NCBI GenBank assembly: GCA_049472355.1
Contig: JBLIRP010000105.1
Span: 1 to 12,452 of the forward strand
Direction of reading: 5' to 3'
Source of the DNA: a bacterium
GTDB taxonomy: Bacteria; SZUA-182; DTGQ01; JAFGSM01
DNA: 12,452 nucleotides
Below are positions 1 to 7,355 of this stretch, piece by piece. Under the pieces are notes generated by a model. It saw nothing but the letters and a program-made list of their open reading frames with translations, searched no databases and was not told the origin of the DNA. How positions within the stretch are numbered: the first letter of the stretch is position 1; the number at the start of each line of letters is the position of its first letter. Made by a program: the position numbers and the translations under genes.

Positions 1-357
1 CAGCATGTAGTCGATCCCTCTGCTGCCGAGAACATTCGCAATCTCATGGGGGTCCGCAACCACTGCGGTTGTTCCCACGGGGAGGACCGCTCTGGCGAAT
101 TCAGCAGGCGAGAGCATGCTGCTTTCTATGTGCACATGACCATCGATAAAACCAGGGATGAGATAATCCCCTGCAATGTCAATGACATTTGGTCCGTTGT
201 AGTGTCCCACACCCACAATCATGCCGTCGTGAATGGCCACATCCAATGGCTCGACCTCGCAGGAGAAGGTATTCACCACCTTGCCGTTTTTTAGCACCAA
301 TGCAGGGGGATACACGCCCCTTGCAACCTCGATCAGTCTTTTCAGATCCTTGCTCAT
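1..357 (-). CDS. ade: Adenine deaminase, N-terminal 119 aa (continues off the left edge)
   Basis: Manual translation from ATG at 357: [119 protein letters not shown]. It carries the adenine deaminase signatures [13 protein letters not shown] and [15 protein letters not shown]. It is absent from the ORF track, presumably because there is no stop inside the window. Confidence 0.95.
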   Translation of the reverse strand, partial: MSKDLKRLIEVARGVYPPALVLKNGKVVNTFSCEVEPLDVAIHDGMIVGVGHYNGPNVIDIAGDYLIPGFIDGHVHIESSMLSPAEFARAVLPVGTTAVVADPHEIANVLGSRGIDYML

Positions 358-767
358 CGTGTTATGCGAAAGTGCTTGTGTTGGGTGACAGCGTGCCGGA
401 GCAGGGTTGTGCGATCTTCGCACTCCCTCTTTAGGCCGGTGAGGAATCGATTATTCATGGCGGTATGTCTTCCTATTGTATGATCCCGATATGCCATTTT
501 AATTTTACAAACAATCAGAATGAAATGAAAGAAGTTCTTGCTGTGACGTTACACAAGACCTTTAATAACAAGACACGGTGGAGGCTCATAACGGCCTTTC
601 CATGTTTTCGGGAAAGGGCACATTGAGGGCATTGCATCTCCCCTTATACGTCCCATCCGGCAGACAAACCCTCATGCCCCTCCGGGCCGCTATGAGGAAT
701 AAAAATATAATTTTCAATAAGATATGTGATATTTCCGGAACAAAGGAACGATGCTACTATGACTGTC

Positions 768-874
768 GAGACTGTCGAAAAAGTCAAAATTTAGAATCTT
801 AAGATCTCAAGCGGCCTGACTGTAATAGTCAGGATTTTTGGAAATTTGCAGCAAAAAGGATTTTCGACAGTCTC
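768..874. mobile_element. Putative MITE / non-autonomous IS remnant with 14-bp perfect terminal inverted repeats
   Basis: GAGACTGTCGAAAA at 768-781 and TTTTCGACAGTCTC at 861-874 are perfect reverse complements (15 bp including C767/G875). There is an internal hairpin CCTGACT-gtaat-AGTCAGG at 815-833 and no transposase. Confidence 0.6.
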
Positions 875-1082
875 GTGAGATACAACGAGTAAAAAACACC
901 ACCTTTTTCGTCTATTGGTATATAAGGGTGCGATTGGACCCGATAGTAGTAACTGCTCAATATGCCTTTGAATTTGCCATAATAAAAGAAGGAAAAGGCG
1001 GCTTTACGTTCCTTCAGGATATCGGCAGTTACCCATGGTGATTTTTCTTCATCATCATTTCATCAAAAGGGGGTGAATCATA

Positions 1083-1967
1083 ATGAGGCCTTTCAGTAAA
1101 AAGGGATTGTGGGTGATGTGCATGGTGGTCGTGTTGGCAGGGGGATTGTTCCTTATGGATCTCCCCATCGAAAGGGGTATTTCGACGCATCCACCTGCAT
1201 CTGCGCAGATGGCGTATTCCACACAGGACGCTTTGTCCGCTGTCTCCCCATCTGGAATCCTTCCCGGCGATGTAATGTTTTCGGGGATGTCTTACGGGCT
1301 GTCAGCGCCGGGGGATGTTATGTTTGGGGCGGCTTATTTCGCTGGTGACATAATATTTCCCCGGAGTTCATTTGGCGGGCAAGGCACAAAACTTACCACC
1401 ATCATGACCTGCGGGGGCTGGTGTCAGACCATGTCCACCTGTTCGTGGAATTGCGGGGCCACATTTTCATACTGCGGCACGGCAGGCTCCGGCAGTTGGA
1501 CCGGACAGGGCACAACCATCAGCACCTGCGCCGGCAGCCAGTACGGAAGCTGCGGCGTGGGAACCTCCATGACATGCGGCAGTATGCTCGGAAGCTGCGG
1601 CCGCACCTCGACCACGTGCAGCGGTCTGTTCGGCGGGTGCGGTGGCATGGACACCACGAACACCACCTGCGGTTCATTATGGGGATGTACGTCCACCATG
1701 AAGACCTGCGGTGTTTCTTGTCCAATAAACAAGGATACGATGCTTGACTGCAGGATTATTGTCGGTGAGACTCAGTTGACTTGTATCGGATGCTCCGAAA
1801 CCATGTTCAATTGTGAGAACACCAAGGATACGTGTAACATCTTAACATGCCGGACCCCCACCACTGGAACATGTGCGGGTAGTATAAGTTGCGGATCAAC
1901 CATGAGCACCTGTGGCAATTGTTTATTCCAATTTACTCTTGAAACGACCAAATCCCCGGCCTTTTGA
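1083..1967 (+). CDS. Exported Cys/Thr/Gly-rich repeat protein (TxxTC repeats), function unknown
   Basis: 294-aa ORF with a purine-rich RBS-like AAAAGGGGG just upstream. It has a basic N-terminus, a hydrophobic segment (LWVMCMVVVLAGGLFLM) and a possible A-S-A/Q cleavage site at residues 39-42. Residues 101-280 contain 25 Cys and 37 Thr arranged as 14 TxxxC motifs. Confidence 0.8.
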   Translation: MRPFSKKGLWVMCMVVVLAGGLFLMDLPIERGISTHPPASAQMAYSTQDALSAVSPSGILPGDVMFSGMSYGLSAPGDVMFGAAYFAGDIIFPRSSFGGQGTKLTTIMTCGGWCQTMSTCSWNCGATFSYCGTAGSGSWTGQGTTISTCAGSQYGSCGVGTSMTCGSMLGSCGRTSTTCSGLFGGCGGMDTTNTTCGSLWGCTSTMKTCGVSCPINKDTMLDCRIIVGETQLTCIGCSETMFNCENTKDTCNILTCRTPTTGTCAGSISCGSTMSTCGNCLFQFTLETTKSPAF

Positions 1968-2030
1968 TACAGGGTTTTCTGATGATGATGCATAGACATG
2001 GTTTTCCTTGAGATCCGAAGGGGGCATGTG

Positions 2031-2129
2031 GCGTATAAGAACATCGATGATGTGGTGGAGGCGGCAGATAAGGCGGGAATAAGCAAGAGGATACTCAGGC
2101 TGGTTCCCATAGGAAATATCAAGGGATAG
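2031..2129 (+). pseudogene. rtcB: RtcB RNA ligase C-terminal remnant (last 32 codons only)
   Basis: Manual translation AYKNIDDVVEAADKAGISKRILRLVPIGNIKG* matches the conserved RtcB C-terminus (AYKD/N...L.P.G.IKG-stop). In frame upstream there is only an unrelated MVFLEIRRGHV (ATG 1998) and then TGA at 1986-1988. It lies directly before an archease start, the known partner of RtcB. Confidence 0.85.
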
Positions 2130-2150
2130 ATATTCGTGCAAGGAGAAGGA

Positions 2151-2453
2151 ATGCCGTTCCGTTTTCTTGAGGATATTGCCACGGCGGATATCGCGTTCGA
2201 GGCATGGGGTGAAACGATGGAGGAGTTGTTCAGCGCCTGTGCCGAGGCCGTCATCGGTATAATGGCGGACGATGCGAACACCAGGGATGAGGAGATCAGG
2301 GAAGTGAAGCCTGATTTTGCGGTGTTGATGGGGAAGATTGCCTGGAAGACACCCAGGCTGGCGGGCATTGAATATATAGAGACCTATCATCCCGCTGCCG
2401 CGATGCGCTTCCCCGGAGCAAGGAAGAGGTTTGAGGAGATTTCAGGAAATTAA
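2151..2453 (+). pseudogene. Chimeric relic ORF: archease N-terminal half fused in frame to a uracil-DNA glycosylase-like C-terminal half
   Basis: RBS AGGAGAAGGA at 2141-2150. MPFRFLEDIATADIAFEAWGETMEELF is a typical archease N-terminus, but the archease C-terminal (KA.TY-type) half is absent. From about residue 46, EEIREVKPDFAVLMGKIAW...ETYHPAAAMRFP resembles the family 4/5 UDG C-terminus (P..IV.LG..A and TYHPAA motif). Confidence 0.7.
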
Positions 2454-2514
2454 AACAGGATGCGGGCGGGACGATTTAATAGGCAGGGACGGGTCCGTAG
2501 ATGCATGTGCCGGG

Positions 2515-4125
2515 TCATCCTGCATGTTTGTGTTTCCCGATACCCTTCAGCATGTCATCGCTCAGTTCATGCATCTCTTGACCGTAGATAATCCTCGGAG
2601 TAAGGGTGATCACCAGTTCGGTCTTTATCTTTTCATTGCGGGTGTAGCGGAAGAGATTCCCCAAGAAGGGGATTTCCATGAGTACCGGCACACCCGCGGC
2701 GGTCTTGTTGGCCTTTTCCTGCATAAGGCCGGTCAACACGACGGTATGCCCCGATTTTACCTTGACCACCGAACTGGATTCCCTGATATTTACAATGGGA
2801 ATGGTGCCTCCCCCAATCGGATAGGGCCTTTCATCGACCTTTTCACTGATGACGGGATGGATATGGAGCGTTATCTCATCCTCTGCGCTTATCTGCGGGG
2901 TAACGTCCAGCAGCAGCCCCACGGTGAAGAATTTCACCGTATATGTTTCCGTGGTGGTCGTGGTGCTGGTCTCGGTTTCCCGCTCGAAGTAGACCTCTTC
3001 CGTTCCCACCTTGATGATGGCCTTCTGATTGTTTAATGTGGTCAGCCTCGGCCTGGAGATGATATTCATTGTGCCCTGCTCGGCGATAGCATTCAAGAGG
3101 GCGGTGAGATCCTTGTATTGAAAGCTGAATTCAAATACGGATGTGGTCATCAGTCCCGAGGTGTCCAGTGCAAATTTGGTGTTATCCCCCAAAAAACTGG
3201 TACCGGTTTCGCTCCCCACCAAATAACTCCAGTCCAGGCCCATCTGGTAGTCATCGGAAAGCAACACCTCCGCGATGGTGGCCTCTATGAGGACCTGTCT
3301 CTGAATGCTTCCCTCCACGGTTTCCAGGAATTCGGCAACATTTCTCAGGTTTGTCGAATAGTCCGTCACAATCACCAGGGAGGCCATTTTGTTGACGAAG
3401 AACGTTCCCTCCTCGGTGAGCAGGTGTTTGAGCCCCTTTTCGATCTCATCCCAAAGGTCCGTTTTCTCTTGATTGACGATCTTTGTGGGTTCTGCGCTTG
3501 CTCCACTCACCCCGCCGGGTGTCTTTGCCTCTATGATGGTTTTTCCTTCCCTGATTGTGGCCAGGTAGTTCAAGGCAAATATTCGTGTCTCAATTTTGGG
3601 TCTTGAGACATGAATGAAATTCCCCTCCTTTCTGTAGGTATAATTCAGGGGGGTGAGAATCTTGTCCAGGGCGTCCTCCAGGGTGACGTCCTTGAGATCC
3701 ATGGTCACCCTTCCTGTGACGTCGGAATCCAGTATGATGTTGTAAGGGCTTCCCTTGGAAAAGCTCAATAAGACAGCCTTGAGATCCGAATCGATCATGG
3801 TGAGGAAGTAGCGTTTTTCTTTGGGATTGTTGGGATCGTGCGCTTCCAGGGTGACATGTTCCTCGGGTCCCGGCTCTTTGAACAAGGAGCCGGCCGGCTC
3901 CCCGATATCCGTTGAAGCCCGGTTATTTTCGGATTCATTGCTCAAGGGTATCGGCACGGTGTCCGATTGATCCCTTTCCATTGAATATTCCGTCGTCGTG
4001 GTCCCGGAAAAAAGCCGTGCCGCCCTTTTTTTGATCCCTGCACAGCCGATGCATACAGAAACCACTACAATACAATAAAGGCACCGTGTAAGATTCATTG
4101 TGTCCCTGTGAGATTCTTTGATCAT
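2515..4125 (-). CDS. mshL: Outer-membrane secretin, MSHA-type (MshL-like; PilQ/GspD superfamily)
   Basis: STN-like region (DLKAVLLSFSK...NIILDSDVTGRVTMDLKDVTLEDALDKIL), MshL-like ETRIFALNYL, QVLIEATIAEV, SRPRLTTLNNQKA, and secretin signature GVPVLMEIPFLGNLFR. Possible lipobox VCIGC. Alternative start ATG at 4098. The start at 4125 overlaps the upstream stop (ATGA). Confidence 0.9.
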   Translation of the reverse strand: MIKESHRDTMNLTRCLYCIVVVSVCIGCAGIKKRAARLFSGTTTTEYSMERDQSDTVPIPLSNESENNRASTDIGEPAGSLFKEPGPEEHVTLEAHDPNNPKEKRYFLTMIDSDLKAVLLSFSKGSPYNIILDSDVTGRVTMDLKDVTLEDALDKILTPLNYTYRKEGNFIHVSRPKIETRIFALNYLATIREGKTIIEAKTPGGVSGASAEPTKIVNQEKTDLWDEIEKGLKHLLTEEGTFFVNKMASLVIVTDYSTNLRNVAEFLETVEGSIQRQVLIEATIAEVLLSDDYQMGLDWSYLVGSETGTSFLGDNTKFALDTSGLMTTSVFEFSFQYKDLTALLNAIAEQGTMNIISRPRLTTLNNQKAIIKVGTEEVYFERETETSTTTTTETYTVKFFTVGLLLDVTPQISAEDEITLHIHPVISEKVDERPYPIGGGTIPIVNIRESSSVVKVKSGHTVVLTGLMQEKANKTAAGVPVLMEIPFLGNLFRYTRNEKIKTELVITLTPRIIYGQEMHELSDDMLKGIGKHKHAG

Positions 4126-4664
4126 TGTGCCTTTGACCTCAGCAGAATTTCCTGTGTTTTTCCATCCCTTCCGAACACCACCCGATCGGCCATGATATCC
4201 AAAACCTGAACATCTCCAATACGGTCGCCGATCGTCACAACATACGGGGCCCGGTTGATGGTGGCGGCCCTTTGTTCTTGGCTGATCAGGATGGAGTGTA
4301 TTTCTAACGAGATCAGCTTATGGTGTCCGTACCCCTTTGTTGTTATGCCTTTTAAGGGATTTGTGGCGGCCTTCTTGGGATATGCCTTTTTACGCTTATG
4401 ATACGGGTCCATTTCCTTTGGAAATATGAAGGGATCCTCCCCCCAGGCGAGCATCTTCTGTCGTTCTTTCCTGGCACTATCCTTTGTGGAACCGGGTTGT
4501 TCTTTCATTGTCTTTTCAAATTCCATCGTATCCGCAGGGTATGTTGTGGCCTCACCTGGTGTTTGCCCGGTTTTTTCCTTTCCTGAGGGTGCTACCAGAT
4601 TATAAATGGCGTATCCTATCGCCAAGAAAAACAAAATGGTAAGGAATTTATTCGGTTTTTTCAT
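4122..4664 (-). CDS. MshK-like / PilP-position pilus assembly protein
   Basis: N-terminal TM segment (FLTILFFLAIGYAIY), DPF motif, and C-terminal LEIHSILIS...AATIN...IGDRIGDVQVLDIMADRVV beta domain typical of MshK/GspC-HR/PilP-like proteins. It lies between PilO and the secretin. Start 4664 (MKKPN) is preferred over 4709. Confidence 0.7.
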   Translation of the reverse strand: MKKPNKFLTILFFLAIGYAIYNLVAPSGKEKTGQTPGEATTYPADTMEFEKTMKEQPGSTKDSARKERQKMLAWGEDPFIFPKEMDPYHKRKKAYPKKAATNPLKGITTKGYGHHKLISLEIHSILISQEQRAATINRAPYVVTIGDRIGDVQVLDIMADRVVFGRDGKTQEILLRSKAQ

Positions 4665-4677
4665 GGCTGTTTTTTCT

Positions 4678-5259
4678 TCATAGTGTTGCGGGTTCTTTTT
4701 CAATATCATCCAAAAACAGAAGGATGCAGCTCAATTGGGCCCTGGTCTCCGGATAGGTCTCCGGTGAGCTCTTTATATCGATGGTGCTGTATCCTACCAA
4801 AAACGGCAGATCGAGGAGATCAAATAGAAAATGACCGATATCGAGATATTTTCCTTCCACGACCATGTCAAAGGCCATTTTGTTCAGCTCGGAGTCCTGC
4901 TCAGCGCCCTCGATGTCGGAAAACGAGAACTGGGGGCTTATAGAGATGATTCGGATGTCTTTCCCTTCGCCAGCTTCAATGACCTTGGACAATGCCGATG
5001 CGATATCCTTCCTGTATGGTAAACCATCAAGGATTGCGATGCACCTTTTTGAAATTTCAAGCTTTTTGGCGGATTCAAACATCGCGTGTGATGAATTATC
5101 CAAAAGCTGGTCATATTGCATTTGTATCAATCGTTGCTCCTCTTTGATCCTTTTCAATTCATTTTTTTTGGGTGCATACAGGAACATATACCATAGAAGG
5201 ATCGTAACCAGGCTGATCTCCGCAAAAATTGCCGTCTTGTTTCGAATATCCAGCTTCAT
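4678..5259 (-). CDS. pilO: Type IV pilus alignment protein, PilO/MshJ family
   Basis: N-terminal TM, coiled coil, LP....IASALSKV..AG...I.I.SI.P, and VEGKYLDIGHFLFDLLDLP (PilO G.Y..+..F+..+ motif); syntenic position. Confidence 0.85.
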   Translation of the reverse strand: MKLDIRNKTAIFAEISLVTILLWYMFLYAPKKNELKRIKEEQRLIQMQYDQLLDNSSHAMFESAKKLEISKRCIAILDGLPYRKDIASALSKVIEAGEGKDIRIISISPQFSFSDIEGAEQDSELNKMAFDMVVEGKYLDIGHFLFDLLDLPFLVGYSTIDIKSSPETYPETRAQLSCILLFLDDIEKEPATL

Positions 5260-5304
5260 CTTTGTTCTCCGGACGTTCCCTTTGCTCGAAGGATAGAGGT
5301 GTCA

Positions 5305-7086
5305 TCACTCCATATGACACCGAATCGTAAATCTTAGAATATCCTCCCCTGCCAAAACCTCCTTCTTCTTCTCCACAAGGACCGGTTTTTCGAAAAATGG
5401 CGATGAATCCAATGTCACCAAGAATTGAAGCAGATCCATTTCCATATCCATTCCCTTCCCGTACACCATGCCTTGTAGTTGCATCTGACCATCTTCAAAA
5501 ACGCCCTTCTCATTGTGGGATGACTCAGGGGCGTATACGGCCAGACCTTCCAGCACGATGGATTCCGGGGTGACATTCGTCATTTCCTTGAGTATGAAGG
5601 GATCGATGATTTCCCGTTTTTCCAGTACATCCAGGGTTTCCTTGATCAATTTGTATCGACTGCTGTTCACCTGAATCCGGCCGGGATTCAATGCCAAATG
5701 GTGTTGCCGTTGCATATTCGATTTCAATTGATTGAGTGATTTTGTCTTGATATATACCCGGGCTGAAATTTCGGCATAGAGGATGATGCACAGAAGGATC
5801 ATGAAGATCGCGGAGAGCCTGAACGCAGGGGTCAGTCGATTCATGGCCTTTTGATGTCTGGCCTTGGGTGGAAGCAGGTCAATGCCTTCATCCGTTTCCA
5901 AGGCCAGGCTGATCGCCTTCGTGAATAGCGGGGCCGATTTGGTGAACTCCTCCACATCGACGGAGACAGAGGAGAGGTCCAGTTTATCGAATGAATGGAT
6001 GACCTCGACATCGGTGCTCAGCCGTTCCTGCATCATCTGAGACAGCCCTGCCATTGTTGCCGTCCCCCCGGTCAGATAGATCCTTTCAATCGTAAAATCG
6101 GGATGCTTCTCCTTGTAAAAGGAGAAAGACCTCTGGATTTCATTGATCAGCCGGTCCACCACCGGCATGATCCCTTCGATGCATGCCTGTGGCCCTTTCT
6201 TTTTCGAAAGGCCGCACTCCTTTTTTAATCCTTCCGCCTCTTCAAAGGGTATGGATGCCTGAGCGGCGATGGATTCGGTGATGCTGTTGCCGGAGGTGAC
6301 GATTTCCCGTGCAAACTTCAGGGTATTGTCCTGAAAGATGGCAATGGAGGTGTTTTCAGCCCCGATGTCGATCAGTGCGATGGATGCACCGGTTTCCGTG
6401 ATCCTCAAAATATTGCTCAAGGCAAAGGGCGTTGCGGTGATTCCCGGTATGTTCAACTCGGACTTTTCAAAGAGCCCGAGCATCTTGTGGATCAATTGCT
6501 TTGATGCGGCAACCACCATGACCTCTTTCTTTTTGGCTTCCCTCTCTTCTGCGTCTCCGGTTACCTTGAAATCAAAATAGGCATCTTCCATGGGAAACGG
6601 GACATATTTTTTGCTCGCCCAAAACACGGCGTTTTTCATCTTGGCCCCTGATAACCGGGCAATGCTGAAATTTTTGATCACCACATCCGAACCTGAAACT
6701 GCTGTAAATACGGGGGCATTGTCTCCGCTTTTGAGGATATCCATAAATGCACGGGAGCTTTCCCCTTCCTTGAGAAGGGAGCTTAGGATCTCTGCAATCT
6801 CAGCGGATTTTTCCTCATACGGTTTGCCTCTCAGATGAGATACGGGAACGATATGGAACGAGAGGAGTTTATTGGAATCCCCTTTTTTTTGGATCCTTAC
6901 GCATTTGATCGAATCCGCGCCAATGTCCACGCCGACCTGGGTTTTGCCCATGCTGAGTCCGGATTCCAGGCTGTTTCTTAATGTCGTCAGACCAGGGCCG
7001 TTTTGTCCACTTGAAAGACCTGTCAATGATTCAAAGCGGCCTCTCAATGGTAATCGGTCTATAAAATTCTTAAATATATTCTCCAT
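5305..7086 (-). CDS. pilM: PilM-PilN fusion (actin-like PilM domain + TM + PilN periplasmic domain)
   Basis: PilM motifs VGVDIGADSIK, YVPFPMEDAYFDF, ALIDIGAENTSI and IYLTGGTA. These are followed in the same frame by the PilN motif IDLLP (cf. INLLP), a TM helix, a coiled coil and LQG...FLVTLDSSPFF...F.I.C. Confidence 0.9.
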   Translation of the reverse strand: MENIFKNFIDRLPLRGRFESLTGLSSGQNGPGLTTLRNSLESGLSMGKTQVGVDIGADSIKCVRIQKKGDSNKLLSFHIVPVSHLRGKPYEEKSAEIAEILSSLLKEGESSRAFMDILKSGDNAPVFTAVSGSDVVIKNFSIARLSGAKMKNAVFWASKKYVPFPMEDAYFDFKVTGDAEEREAKKKEVMVVAASKQLIHKMLGLFEKSELNIPGITATPFALSNILRITETGASIALIDIGAENTSIAIFQDNTLKFAREIVTSGNSITESIAAQASIPFEEAEGLKKECGLSKKKGPQACIEGIMPVVDRLINEIQRSFSFYKEKHPDFTIERIYLTGGTATMAGLSQMMQERLSTDVEVIHSFDKLDLSSVSVDVEEFTKSAPLFTKAISLALETDEGIDLLPPKARHQKAMNRLTPAFRLSAIFMILLCIILYAEISARVYIKTKSLNQLKSNMQRQHHLALNPGRIQVNSSRYKLIKETLDVLEKREIIDPFILKEMTNVTPESIVLEGLAVYAPESSHNEKGVFEDGQMQLQGMVYGKGMDMEMDLLQFLVTLDSSPFFEKPVLVEKKKEVLAGEDILRFTIRCHME

Positions 7087-7355
7087 GGCGCCATACGTGC
7101 ATCGAACAATGGTTCCCCCTGATACGCTTCAATGGGACATAAGCGGTATCAAAGGCATAGAGTGATAGAGGTATAGATATCCCCATGTACAGGGTTTATA
7201 TCGTCAAATTCTTGTTTTTTCATCACAAAATGGTGGATCAAACGCTGAGACTTTGGTGCACTCCTCCGTGGCCTTCGAGGTTACTCAGGAGACTCTTGAA
7301 ATGAGGAAATAACGATGGATGCAGGCGGGGTAGGGGAGATTGGAGATACTTTCGA

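Noticed and set aside
358..700. Purine riboswitch upstream of adenine deaminase
   Set aside because: No purine-aptamer core found on the minus strand by eye. Only short generic hairpins are present (e.g. 595-617). An Rfam scan would be definitive.
46..1041. Plus-strand ORFs 46-294, 189-434, 578-802 and 838-1041
   Set aside because: They are antisense to ade or run through the inverted-repeat element, with no recognisable motifs.
1398..1922. Graspetide precursor (TxxT motifs)
   Set aside because: The repeats mostly lack the downstream Asp/Glu acceptors required for ester crosslinks, and there is no ATP-grasp gene in the window.
1083..1967. Multiheme cytochrome or ferredoxin interpretation of the Cys-rich ORF
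   Set aside because: No CxxCH motif (CIGC and CGNC are not followed by His) and no CxxCxxCxxxC pattern.
1109..2390. Alternative-frame and antisense ORFs over the Cys-rich gene and relic (His/Arg-rich 1421-1747, 1772-2368, 1923-2390)
   Set aside because: Their composition is explained as frame shadows of the ACC/TGC-rich coding sequence and of the rtcB/archease fragments.
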